From Eukaryota sp. TZLM1-RC (lineage: Eukaryota > Protista > Metamonada: BaSk clade): 64,000 nucleotides of DNA. Shown one piece after another: positions 45,890 through 58,600 of this stretch. How positions within the stretch are numbered: the stretch's first letter is position 1; the number at the start of each line of letters is the position of its first letter. The position numbers and the translations under genes are program-made. The notes beneath the pieces are model-generated. The model ran no database searches and was not told where the DNA came from. It saw only the letters and a list, made by a program, of their open reading frames with translations. The DNA lies in the NCBI GenBank assembly GCA_040285825.1, contig JAUPSS010000010.1:554604-618603 (forward strand), in the 5' to 3' direction.

Positions 45890-48406
45890 TTAAACTACTT
45901 CAACCTTCATTTTGTCATAGAAATCATCAAACTTATAAGGAGACTTAGCCACAATAGACCCCAAATGATTAAACAAAAATGAAGATAGAACCGAGAGAAG
46001 CGAAATACCAATGGAAATTGAAGTCAATAACAAAAGAATCATTTTTCCAGAAAAATGTTCAGTATTCAAATTATGTTGTTTCATATTGTTTGAATCTATG
46101 AGAGTATTTTCTGCAATTTCATTAATTTCATCCTCAATATGATCATTCCAAACCATATTCTGTCTAATTAATTGCTCAATTCCCTTTTGAATTCCAGAAA
46201 TTTCGTTAAACTTATCAGTTTTTGCTGACATTCCCTTATTATTCATGTAAGTTGGTCTTTTTCTTGGCATTGTGACAGCCCTAGCTCCTGTCCAATCAGT
46301 TCGAACAATAGAATCACTTAATCCAAGTTCAGCACCATTACTAGCCATGGAAAGGGTCTTTCTTAATGAATCATCCATATTAGGATTCACCAAACTTCTG
46401 CCTAATGAATGGGTAGGTTCATCACCAGCACCAGAAAACTCCACAATGGTACTTATAACATCAAAAACAGAAGCCACCCTTGAATCTCTTGTTCCTGGAG
46501 GTGGTATCTTTAACTTTTTACGTTGTTCTTCCCCTCCAAGGAAAAGAATTATTGAGGTTGTGTAATAAAATTCATCGTGAGTTGCAATAGGATCTTCTGG
46601 ACAATTTAGACATTTAAAAAGGGAATCTGTAGAGACTGCAAACCTTTTCATTTTTGATATCAGATTAAAAACAGCATGATCGGGTTGAATAACGACAATT
46701 GTATTATTAGCCCGCTTTCTCGTTTTTAAATATTCAATAAATCTACCAATGAAATGTTCATCACTGTATCGTAAAGTCCATTTATAGGCCTCAACTAAAT
46801 CCTTTGGATGCTGAGAACCTACCTTTTCTGGGTCATCAAACGTGGAGAATGGAAAATGAGTTGAAATTGAAAGAGACCACAGGAAAAGTGGCTTATTTGG
46901 AGATTCTTTATCATATTGGTCAACTCTTTTCTTCATTTGGTCGACCAAAATTCGATCATTATTGAACTTTCTGGTATATCCTGCACCAGACCAAATAGGA
47001 GAATTTTCATATTTATACTGATTTTCATCATTATTTTCTTTTCGTTCTAACCAATTATGTTTACCATCAAAAGCCGGACTAGCTCCAGACATATAGATTC
47101 TTGTATAATTAGCTTTTGACTTTGAAACTAAATTAGGAAATGATTGAAAGTTGACATTTAAAGTCGTTTTAATACTACTTTCAGTTGGAATTGGTAAAAT
47201 TTGGTTAAACATTGACCACCAAGAATTCGCAGTAGGGCAACTATTTGAAACAACCTGATCATAAACAACACCATGTTGTTTCCATAATTTATGAAGATTT
47301 GGTGTAGAATCGTCAAAAAATGGATTGGGTGAAGTGGAAAGAAAGTTGCCAGAAACACTTTCCCAAAGTAGAAGGAAGATGTCTGGTCTTTCAATTTCAA
47401 AATAGGGATCAGGTTTGAAATTTTGACATTTGACATCTTTGGGGTAATTTCTGCATAATTTGTTCAATGATCCATGAATCAATGGATACTGATGAGACAT
47501 CCAAAAACGATCTTTCGGAAGGGGGTAAAAATCCCGAATTAATTGATAGTTTGGGTCTAATTTAGGTTCATTTTGAATAGTATTAGATGTGGTATTGGGC
47601 TGACATTCTGGCAGTTCAGGCAGTTCTGGCAAATGACTACTTTTTGAATAATCAAAACCTTCCCCATAGGAGAACATTACAAGTTCTGGAGGTACCTTCA
47701 CTAGTGAAGTGGTTGGTAAAACAAACGAAGAGAAAATGATGACTAAAGAAACAATTGAACAAATTGAAAACAATTTAAAACTTTTTACTTTTAATTTGGG
47801 TAATTTCTTTAAATGAAAAGTTAAAAAAATAACAGTTGTCATCCACACAATTAAAAACACCATTAAAAAGAAAGAGTTGGCAAAATCAAGATCAAACGCC
47901 ATTTTAACCACATCAATCATTTTCCCAATCAAACTGGGATCCATGACGTCATCCTTTTGTCCGTCTATCACGTCATCTTGGCTCAAATACATTCCAATGG
48001 TAGAAGGGGAGAGTGTGAGACCAGCAATTGATTGAAGCAATGTGTCGATGAAAGAAGCCAAGATAAGGAGGGTAATGGCAAGGTAAAGAGTGATATGAAA
48101 ACCACGGAGTGGAAGTGAGATCAGACTAAATAAAGAAAACAGTAGAGACAGAAAGAGAAAAGCGAATGAAAGGGTCAGCAAGAAGTAAAAGAGTGAGTCA
48201 AATACCAGATGAAGCCGAGTGAAAGTACCAAATGAGAACGATAAGATGATCCAGTGAATGAACTTGAATAAACAAGCAAGAAGATAGTGAAAAACCCATG
48301 AGAAATTCAGAGAGGAAGGATTAATGAATTGGTAGTACACAATACGTCCAAAACGTACAAAAGAGTTAGATGAATAGCTATACTTCACGATACATTTCAT
48401 TGACAT
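45890..48406 (-). CDS. LtaS/OpgB-like membrane transferase, copy 2
   Basis: 838 aa, intact, about 13 aa differences from copy 1, same motifs. Confidence 0.8.
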   Translation of the reverse strand: MSMKCIVKYSYSSNSFVRFGRIVYYQFINPSSLNFSWVFHYLLACLFKFIHWIILSFSFGTFTRLHLVFDSLFYFLLTLSFAFLFLSLLFSLFSLISLPLRGFHITLYLAITLLILASFIDTLLQSIAGLTLSPSTIGMYLSQDDVIDGQKDDVMDPSLIGKMIDVVKMAFDLDFANSFFLMVFLIVWMTTVIFLTFHLKKLPKLKVKSFKLFSICSIVSLVIIFSSFVLPTTSLVKVPPELVMFSYGEGFDYSKSSHLPELPELPECQPNTTSNTIQNEPKLDPNYQLIRDFYPLPKDRFWMSHQYPLIHGSLNKLCRNYPKDVKCQNFKPDPYFEIERPDIFLLLWESVSGNFLSTSPNPFFDDSTPNLHKLWKQHGVVYDQVVSNSCPTANSWWSMFNQILPIPTESSIKTTLNVNFQSFPNLVSKSKANYTRIYMSGASPAFDGKHNWLERKENNDENQYKYENSPIWSGAGYTRKFNNDRILVDQMKKRVDQYDKESPNKPLFLWSLSISTHFPFSTFDDPEKVGSQHPKDLVEAYKWTLRYSDEHFIGRFIEYLKTRKRANNTIVVIQPDHAVFNLISKMKRFAVSTDSLFKCLNCPEDPIATHDEFYYTTSIILFLGGEEQRKKLKIPPPGTRDSRVASVFDVISTIVEFSGAGDEPTHSLGRSLVNPNMDDSLRKTLSMASNGAELGLSDSIVRTDWTGARAVTMPRKRPTYMNNKGMSAKTDKFNEISGIQKGIEQLIRQNMVWNDHIEDEINEIAENTLIDSNNMKQHNLNTEHFSGKMILLLLTSISIGISLLSVLSSFLFNHLGSIVAKSPYKFDDFYDKMKVEVV

Positions 48407-48457
48407 TGGATTGTTTCATATGAGGAAGAGAGAACTTCTCTCAGAGAAGTTTAAATT

Positions 48458-48521
48458 CAGTGTTGTGTCATAACCGAATTTTCAAACACCATGTGTGCCA
48501 TGCGCGCATGGCACAACACTG
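48458..48521. mobile_element. 64-bp hAT-like MITE, copy 2
   Basis: Identical to 15276..15339 with the same TTTAAATT TSD. Confidence 0.8.
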
Positions 48522-48779
48522 TTTAAATTCATCAGGCTTTTTTAGTGCTCTTTTCCTGACAGGTCCATTTTGTTCAAAAACAAAATTCTTCGGACTAAAG
48601 AATATTCCAATTTTTCAAAACATAATGATGGAAATTTTTCAAATAGAAGGAGTATTTATTTATATTGACGACATAATCATAATAGGAGCAACCCTTCAAG
48701 AATTCTTTGACAGAATACAGAGGGTACTGCAATGCGCAAGGAGTAGAAGAGTCAACATTGGATTGAGAAAATGTAAATT

Positions 48780-51700
48780 TGTTGTACTGTGGACAATTAG
48801 TCTAGTACATTTATGTTTATATAACATAGTTCACTAGTGATGGCCTTTATAAGGGCCGGTGAAATTCTAATAAATTATTCCTTATTCTCTGTTATCATAT
48901 ATGGATAAAGCATCATTAATTAATGGCCTGAAAAGCCACAATGATAACCCTCCTTCCTCTCTGAGGAAGAGTAATGTCCCTTCTTTGAAGGAGAACAATC
49001 CACCATCCACGGTGAGTAATCCTTCCTTCGGGAAGAGTAATCCTCCTAAGGAGAGTGAGCTTTCCGCTGAGAAGAGCCTTGCCTCTCAGAAAGAAAGCCA
49101 CCTCCCCAATAAGGAGAGTGAACTTCACACTGAGGAGAGCCCTTCCTCCCAGAAAGGAAGCCACCTCCCTAATAAGGAGAGAGGTAATCACGTTGCTGAT
49201 GTGACAGAACTGTACACATACCCCAACGACTCCTCGGAGCTCCTTCCTTGTAGGAAGAGTTTTCTCACTCCGAGCGAGCAACGAAGATTCAAAGCGTTTA
49301 TTGTAAGTAACAAATCTGACGCTTGTACAGAAGGTGAGGGAGGCGAAGGCGAGCAACAGTCTACGACTAGCTCCTCACGCAAAACTCCCTCCTCACCTAC
49401 TTCTGACATCAGCTCAAGTGAGGAACCTCAAAGTGATTCCAGAGGATCTCATAATCTGAACAACAGCAGGAGAGGGGATGAGAGCGATGATGAACCACCT
49501 CATACACCCAATCCTTCTAATCCAACTCCTAGTTTTCCATCTACGGAAAGGACTTCTCAGGGTCTTTACCGAAGGAAACTAGCAAAGACAGTTGAGGCTG
49601 TAACTAGAGATTTCCTATTGGATCTCATCGCCAATCCTCCTGATGATGTAATGGATTGGAGTGATGACGAATTATTAAAAATGGCTGAGAATGAGTCAGA
49701 ACGTCTTTCGGGAGATGTAGACCCAGCCGAATGTGAGAAGGTCCGACGTGACTATTTAGCGAAACGTTGGCCCTTCCTCTTTGGGGAAGCCCACGGCAAA
49801 ACACTTGACGATGTCGTCTACGAGAGTTATGATCAAAGTCCAAATCTTTTAAAGTGATTGGATGATCTTACCGATTCGGCAGTCTCGTGTGGGATGAGTG
49901 CAGTCGAGGATTGCTATTTTAGCGCACCTCGTTCAAAGTATCAAGCTGCTACTCCCAGGCCTGCTAAATGGCATAGGGATGCTATTGATGACCACAAAAT
50001 ATATTTCAGTGGAAATCAAGAAGCTTACGACAGACTATTTTGGATAGCTAAAATGTATCCTCATAATCAACAAGGTAGAAACCTTAGAGGCGTCGTAAGG
50101 CATTTCCTAGTGGAGAACGTACACCCAAAAGATTCCATTGCGGACATTTTTATTATGTTTGGGGGCAGATTCGATGAATCTCGAGGTGACACCCTTCAAT
50201 TTCATACCAAACCGTCCTACATTAGAGAAATAGGCACAAGGGTAATTGAATTGAAAGAGCAACGTGTTGGCCCTAACAAGTTAAAATTAGTATATCCTGA
50301 TGCATGGATGGCTAAACTTAAGGCATGGGTTGATAGCTGGCCTGACCAAAATGTTTTTGAGAATGTCTTAATAAAGAGCAGTTGCCTTCCATATGATCAT
50401 AAACTAGCAGGGGTCCCTAGAGGATCTAAAGATGCACCAGATTGGGTGGATTTAAGGCCACCAGCCCAGACCATACCTGTGCAGGAGGAACCTCCTAAGA
50501 CAAGATTTATCATTAAGTTGGGCGAAACATTGCCTTCAGAAGAGAGGAATATGAACCTATTTAGTACACCTTCTGTAGGGCCTCTAGCATCTAGGAGAGC
50601 TTCTTGTGAAGCAACTCCTACACAAGCATCTGTTATAAAATCATCTATACCCACGCAACCCCTAGGAACGAATGCTCCTAGAGATTCTCTCGTCGACACC
50701 CTCGTTCTTTATAGAACTCCTGTAACAGACGAGGAGAAATTGAGGAAAAGAATAGACGACAAACTGAGATGCCTAGTTAAAATAAATGAAGCGTTTGACG
50801 CCAAGAAGATCTTCGACTTCGTTCTTAACTTTGGCAATTGGGCTAAAACAGTTAGGGATCGCGATGGACCCACCAGAGCATTTACGCCGATCACCAAATA
50901 CGGTCAACCTGTTCATCAGTACGACTTCGTTAGATCTATGTTCTTCGAAGTGGACCCTTTGTATTTGAGATTTATGATCGAGGGTAAGGTGATCGCAGAA
51001 TGGCAGAGTTTTTATGGAGGCCGAACAAACGTGTTAGGCAACAACCCATCTGACGCCGAAATCTGGGACTATTTGCTACTCAGCACCCAGTACAAATACC
51101 CTACCGATGTTGAGAAGGCTTTAAGGTCTGTAAGACCACCTGAGATCAGTCGCAAAATGACTGCTGAATCTTCATGGACAGCCTTCATGGAGCAGATCAT
51201 ATATATAATTCGACGCTCTACAATTATGCCTGGAACGGATGGTAATCCGTCTGTCGTCTACCCAGCAAAAAGATTTCTCGAAACTATTAACGACAAAACA
51301 AACAATCAATTGATGGACACATATATCATTTGGATTGGCAAGTTTGATTCAAGTAACGAGAAACTGGGCGATGCGATTTACGATTTAGGTAACACATTTG
51401 TTAACAAAGTCAATAGCCTTGAATCCTCGATCAAAGACATGAATTTGATAAGAACAGCTTTTGGTGCTCACGCTCCTGCGCAAAAAGAACGAAGCCAGTC
51501 AAAAGGTCCTTTTAAGAACCCTAGAGTAAGCAGTCGACCCATCCCTTCAGAGCAATGGTGTAACTTATGTAAAACCAATAAACATCCTGAAGAGAAATGT
51601 TTTAAATTAGTGGGAAGACCTGGTTCAAAAAAGCGTCAAGGAGGTGAAGGACGTGATAGAAAACGTAAAAGTAGTAGTAATAAATCAGATGATTATACAT

Positions 51701-54700
51701 CTTTTAACAATAACCTTACAAATAATTCAATCAAATCCATTTATAAAATGAGCAAAACAGATTCGAATTATAATCACCTAAATCCATTAAACAGATTTAG
51801 AGAGTCATCCAATCCTGTGGGTTCTATCCACAGTGTTAGACTATCCAGGGTAGCAGAGGACCAAGAAAGTTCTAACGGGGAACTTTGGTTAACCTGCACT
51901 ATAAATAACGTGGAAGTACAAGGCGAAATTGATAATGGAGCTGCATTTCCAGCATTATCAATGGATTTAGCCTCTAAATGTAATATGACAATTAATGACA
52001 ATAAGACTGTCGAATACTTATCGGCAAATGGTATTCGCTCCACGACCCTGGGATGTGCAAGTGGTGTTCTTGCTCTAAATGTGGGTAGCTTGGCCACTCA
52101 AGTGTTTTTAAGGATCGAATTCCAGATCATTCCTGGTACCAATAATTTTTTGATCGGAAGAGACTTATTACAAACCTTGGGGCTACGCACGGAGCACGGT
52201 TTTAATATTAATTTGGATCGCGAACATCGCACCATCTTAAATGCTGAATGTGAGTTCGATAATAGAATTTGTCAACCAATTAGATTCATAGAACAATTGA
52301 GTAATAAATCAGTCTTAGGTAATGATTTTGGGCATTCCACATTTAGACATGAGTTAGATGAGTTGGGCTGTAGAATATGCCTGGATGACATTAGGGACGA
52401 GGAACGCCTAGTCGTGCTACTCGAAAAATATAGAAATGTATTTAGTGGGCTACCTCACCCGGATGGAATTGATTGTCAGCCGATGACCATTCTATTTTAT
52501 GACGAAAGTAAGGTCGTCAAAAGGAAACCTCGAAGATTAAACCCAAAAAAACAACGGGTAGCCGAGGAAATTTTTAACGAATTGATCCGTAATGGATTTG
52601 CTGTGCCCGCAAAGTCTCAATTCAGTAGTCCCATCTGTCTTGTGATTTACCCTGATCACAGGAAACCACGATTAACTGGCGATTTTAGTGGTATTGGTGG
52701 AGTAAATGATTTAACTAAACCTGTAGAGGCAAATTTGCCCAGGATTAGCGACATTTTAGAGTTTCTAAGTAAAGCTAATTATATAGCAACTCTAGATTTA
52801 CCTAAGGCATTTTGGCGGCTCAAAATTACAGAAGAGGATATTGATAAAACTACCGTATCAATTCCCGGGATGTCGATCAGTTTTAAAAGGGCTTGTTTTG
52901 GTTTGAAGAACGTTCCTGCAGTCTTCTAAAACATGATGATGGAAATATTTGATTCTGAGGGCGTATTTATTTATATCGATGATATAATAATAGTAGCTTC
53001 GACCCTGGATGAATTTCTATCTAGAGTAGGTACGGTCCTAGAACGCGCCAAACGTTTTAGAGTTACCCTTGGCCTACCCAAGTGTAGCTTTACCACTTGC
53101 AAACATGAAACAAAAATTCCAGGTAGTATTTTTGTAAACAAAACCCGTTATATAGATGAATCTAGGATTGAGGGACTGATCAACCTACCCAAACCCAGGA
53201 CATTACCTGAAGTTAGGAGTTTTATAGGATCGATCAATTATATACGTGACTGGTTGCCAAATTTGTCTGACTTGATAGAACCAATCAACAAATTAACCAG
53301 GAACAAACCGTCAAAAATCAAGTGGACTCCTGATCATGACGAGGCTTTTGGTAAGATTATAAATCTTATCAAAGCAAATATCCCTCTTGAATTGCCCTCA
53401 GAAGACAAGCATATTTTAATAAGTGCTGACGCGTCCGATGTGGCTGTAGGTGGAGTAATATGGCAAGAAGCTAACCCACCTAAAGATCCTACGACACCAC
53501 TAATTAAGAGAAAGGTTGTACCTATTGCCTTCTTTAGCAGATTATTATCAACTTCACAAAAGAATTGGTCTGTACTTCAGAAAGAGTTGTATGCAATTTT
53601 ACTAATTCTCACTGACAGTAGTTTAGAAAATTATTTAATTTCGAGGAAATTAACTATTTTCACTGATCATAGAAATTTAGCATACCTCATATCAGCTCCT
53701 GAAAAGAACAGAATTGTGAAGAGGTGGCTACCAATATTGTCAGAATTCAATTTTGATGTAGTCCACACTGCAGGCGAGGAGAATTATTGGGCAGACATGT
53801 TGTCTAGATTGGTTGATACCAAACCCAAAACTCCTCGAGTCCAACAAGTGAGAAACTTGGCACCTCACAGAGTTGAAGAACAATTACCCTATTTAAATTT
53901 ATTAACTAAAGTTAATTTGTTAAGGGATGATATTACTCAACCGTCCACAATTGAGCTACCCACGATCAATAGCTTATCTGCACTGAAAGAAGCAGTTGAG
54001 GATACTAAATTTGATTTATTTGACACTTGGATCTCAAAGATTAGGCAAGAACAACTTATAGATGTTGATTCAAATCCTGATTATTATAAAGATTACAATT
54101 GTAATTCAGATATTCAATTGTATACCAACAATCGTGGGAAGATTGTCATCCCAGATAGTTTAAAGAAGCAGACTTTAACTATCATTCATGGACATGCAAA
54201 TGTTGGCCATCCTAGTGTGACGACTAGCGTAAAGAAATTACTCAATAGTGATTACTTTTGGCCCGACATGCGCAAAGACATGATTAACCATATTAAGAGA
54301 TGCCCAGCATGTCAAAAGACGGCACATGTGCCTAAAAATGTCATTGAATCATCTGGCTCTCTTTGGGCTGATCGACCTTTTGCACGATTAAACGCAGATT
54401 CTATTGGACCATTACAACAAGATGATAATGGATTCAAATATTTAATAGTTTTTGTAGACTCGTTCACCAGGTATACGATCATTTGCCCTGTAAAGGAATT
54501 GAATGCAGTGGAGGCAACCAATCACCTCCTATGGAGTGTAGTATCAATTTTTGGTATCCCACTGTTGATTCATAGTGACAATGGTATTGAATTTGCAAAT
54601 GCCATATTCAAAGGGTTATGCGATTTATTAAACATTGAAGTAAGTCGTTCACTAACTGGCTTTTCACAATGCAATGGTTTAGTAGAAAGACGTCACAAAA

Positions 54701-55666
54701 ACATTTTACAAAGTCTAAGAAAGATTTTGGTGGACTCTGGCGATTATAGCAATTGGAGTGAATATATCCCAATTGTACAACTTCAAATCAATTCAACTAT
54801 TAGTAGAGTTACTGGTCATTCGCCCTACAATTTAATGTTTGGTAGCGACCACAGCCCTAGAGCTGATCCTAGTAATATGTTTGAATTAATAAAATCAGCT
54901 AATGTTAATATTCCCTTTGTTAAAGATCTTGAAGCAAAACTTGAAAGGATTTCAAAGAAGAGAGAAGAGGTAGAGCTCAGGCAAGCTCAACAACTGCCTG
55001 ATGTTAACAAACATAGGAACCCTTTTAATAAAGGTGACTTAGTTTTGCGATTAAAGACTAATGGTAAACTCCATGGTTGCTTCGCTGGCCCTTTTCTCGT
55101 TGAAGAAGTTAAATCCAATAAAAGTTTATTACTCAAGAATCTTGTCACTGGTTCGATGTCTACGGCAAGTATAAATCATTGTAAACTATACCTTTCAGAC
55201 TTCCCTAAAGAAGATCTTGATTGGCATAAGAATATTGCTGCTGGCGATATGGAAGAATCTGTAATCGTTAAAATTATAGATCACTTTGATTACGTAGATT
55301 CGAACAATAATAAAGTTCCTTATTGTACCGCAGTTTGGTATGGCGGCGAGACTTCGTCTGTCCCAGTTGCTGACGTCAAAAGCACTGAGGCATATCAAAC
55401 ATATTTGCGCTCTATTAGTCCTCACACTACCAGGAAACGGAAGGTATCTTCTAATTCCAAATCTAAGACTAATTCCCCTGCAGTCAGTACTCGTAGCTCT
55501 CGTTCGAGATCTAAGAGAGGGAAAAGGTAGTGTTGTACTGTGGACAATTAGTCTAGTACATTTATGTTTATATAACATAGTTCACTAGTGATGGCCTTTA
55601 TAAGGGCCGGTGAAATTCTAATAAATTATTCCTTATTCTCTGTTATCATATATGGATAAAGCATCA
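48780..55666 (+). mobile_element. full-length Ty3/Gypsy LTR retrotransposon (6887 bp)
   Basis: Identical 136-bp LTRs at 48780..48915 and 55531..55666, TSD AATT, PPT 55513-55530, domain order PR-RT-RH-IN, empty site in the paralog at 15594-15597. Confidence 0.97.
48901..55530 (+). pseudogene. single-frame gag-pol with two in-frame stops (TGA 49855-49857, TAA 52927-52929)
   Basis: The three ORFs share one frame: CNLC..H..C knuckle, IDNGA protease, LDLPKAFW/YIDD RT, ADASD..KELYAI..TDH RNase H, HHCC-DDE-GPF integrase, chromodomain-like tail. Confidence 0.9.
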
Positions 55667-58600
55667 AATTCGTTACTGACAAACAACCAATTGACATTTA
55701 AAGGGACACTTTCCGATTTTTTTAACCCCATTGGACTGTAGGCAACAATAATTATCGGCCATTTTAAAGTCAAAGTATACCACAAATAACCTCAGCATTC
55801 AACAAGAAACCAGCCAACCAGATATCTTTATTATGTCAGACATCTACCAGGAAAACTCTGACTCTACTCTTTCACTAACTATCATGCATCATCAGGATAT
55901 ACAACCACAACAACATACATCAACCAAAAAGAAGGATGAAAAGGAAACGGACCCACCTCCCTCTTCAAGAAAGATGAAGTTGAAAAAGAGGACAAGGTTC
56001 CTCTGTCTCCAGACGCGAAAAAGGCAACGAGAACAGACCTGGCTCTCTCCCCTCAAAGAAAAAGAAGAAAAGGAAGAAGTAATTAGAACGGACCCGGTTC
56101 CATCTCCCCTCAAGAAAAACGGATTGTCCATGGAGGTAACGACAACGGACCCGGCTCCCTCTCTTTTTCCAAACATTGAATCGGTCACAAAAGGAACGGA
56201 TGAAAATCCCACCTTAGACACGTCTTCTTTTACTAGGACAGTATCAAGAAATTCAATTTCCACTAGACGAGATGGAAGGAAAAGACGACTCATCTGAGAG
56301 ATTCTATAAGCTGTTGAAAGAGGACGCGGAAGCCTATTTCGAGCCTCAGATCTCTGTCAGTTCGAGCAGCTTCTTCCTCTTTGTATGGTACGTCAAGAAT
56401 CTCGTGTATCAAAAAGCCTCTGCTGAAAGAAACACTGTCATTGAATAGTTTTGATTCTGATGATAGAGGTGATATACACTTTTTTATTAATAACAAGTAA
56501 ACAAAAAATTGGAACTCAATTTCCTGAAAATGGTGGTGCCCTAAGACTTATATCATATGTATAGAAAATAAATCAGACTTTCTTTAACCACATTAGCTTT
56601 TAGGCAACAATAAATATTGGCTATTTTAAAGTCAAGATTTACCACTAATAACCTCAGCAAACTTCATTAACTTACTAACAAAGATGTCTTATCATGTCAA
56701 ACAAACCAGCACAGGATATCTCTGACATTCAGCAAATCACACCTATGATGCAACAGGACCCTTTACAACTAACATCAAGAATTCAAAAGGACAACGAGGC
56801 AGCGGACCCAATATCCTACCTCCTCCTAACCAAATAGAAAAACGAAAGAGTGGACGAGGTCCCTTTTTTCACAAGAGTAGTTGACCAACCAGAGGTTACG
56901 AGAACAGATCCGGTTCCCTCTCCTCTCCCAAATTTAGAATCTGTCAGCAAGGAAACGGATGAAAATCCCACCTTAGACATGTCTTCTCCCCTAGGAAAAT
57001 ACAACGAACTCCAATCTCAATTAGAGGATATAAAAGGGGAAAACGACTCACCGGAGGAATTCCATAAGCTTTCAAAAGAGGTCGCGGAAGCCTACCTCGA
57101 ACATACAGATTTCTGTCTGTTCGAGCAGCTTCTTCCTCTATGGAGCGCCATTCCAAAACGAGGCAGAAACGTTGATTTCCAGCCTCTCGCTATGGTCAGG
57201 GATACCCAAAGGATATTAGAAATTTACCCTTAATGAAAAGAATGAGCTTGTCCAAGCTCTCGATAAGTTAAGCAGAGAGACGTTCGGGGGTAACGCAGAG
57301 CGACGTCCCAGACTTTCTGTTATGAACAAAAAAACCAATGAGATAATGACCTTTCCCATTAAGGACAGATTGGACTGGAATGCCACTCATTTGGATCACT
57401 TCGGCAGAAGAAGGAGATTTCTCTCCATCGAGCAGAGAAGTAGAACAAACTCAAAGGACATTTTTACAATCTAAGTCGCCTACCTGGTTTGATCCAAACT
57501 TTGATTCAGAGATTCATAATTGTACAGAGTTAACAAACAGTGCTCTCACATATTTGATAGAATTTATGGAGCAGGAAGACTGTAGTAATTCGTACAAGCT
57601 TGAACCAATGACACCCTGGTTCGACGCAAAGGCTCTAAACAATATCCATACGGAACGATTATCAGTATCCACAAATAGGAGCCGTACCCACAACCAACCA
57701 CATACAACAACAGTGTAACTCGTTTACGAAAGAACGAAACAATGGCTGACCGGAGACCCATCAATGTCTCTTCACCTTTCTAAATTGCCAGTAATAGCTC
57801 CTATAATAACGGAGAAAGATGAGCCTCTACAGGTTTGCTCAATTGACAGCATACCTGAACACGTTCGAGCAGTAAACATCCGGATGTTACTCAACAGAAC
57901 GAATCAACTTAATCTCAACCTATGATAGCCGTAATTGAAGAAAATATTCAGCTGAACAGGCCAGCTGTTGATAAAACGGCTCCCCTCAACCTCTTATTAG
58001 AACAACTTCCTCTGACAGACCTATGCGTCTCGAGGATCTCTAATTCTGTAGGAAAGCTATAGATATGAGTATCGCTAGCAGTATCCAGAGACAGATTGAT
58101 CAACGGTCCAAAGACAGTAACTACAAAAGACCTCATTTGTCCGCAGACGACCCAATCAATAAAATGTCAATCATGGCGTTTCTTCTTAAATTTCAGACTT
58201 GGGACAAATACGGGCGCAAAATATTAAATAGGAGTTTCGAAGCGCCAAGACAGTCTGATTGGACTAGGGCCTATCTAATAGCCATCCAGCAATTTGGAGT
58301 AGGCCAAACAAAACTTACTCCTGAAAGAATTAGACATCTACCTCCACACATACGAAACGAGATCAACAAAGACATGGTTCAGCCTTTCGTAAGGATTGAA
58401 CCAGCTATAATGGGCAAGCTTGGGCCACGGATCCACTATTATGACTTACTTAGGAGCATGATGAGGAGTACATTTCCCACATGGATATGAAATATGATTG
58501 ACCCTAGCCTTCTTATCAGTTGACAAAATCGAGGCCTACTCGGTGTTAGTTACACCGACGCCCATGTCATGGTAATTCTATTAAAGAAAACGCAGTTCAC

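Noticed and set aside
48924-48940. Canonical tRNA PBS beginning TGG
   Set aside because: It is 8 nt from the LTR and only TGGCC is conserved between families; not fully excluded without the host tRNA set.
52927-52929. TAA/TAG = Gln alternative genetic code
   Set aside because: Host genes have long stop-free frames and end in TAA, TAG and TGA; internal stops occur only in TE or pseudogene sequence.
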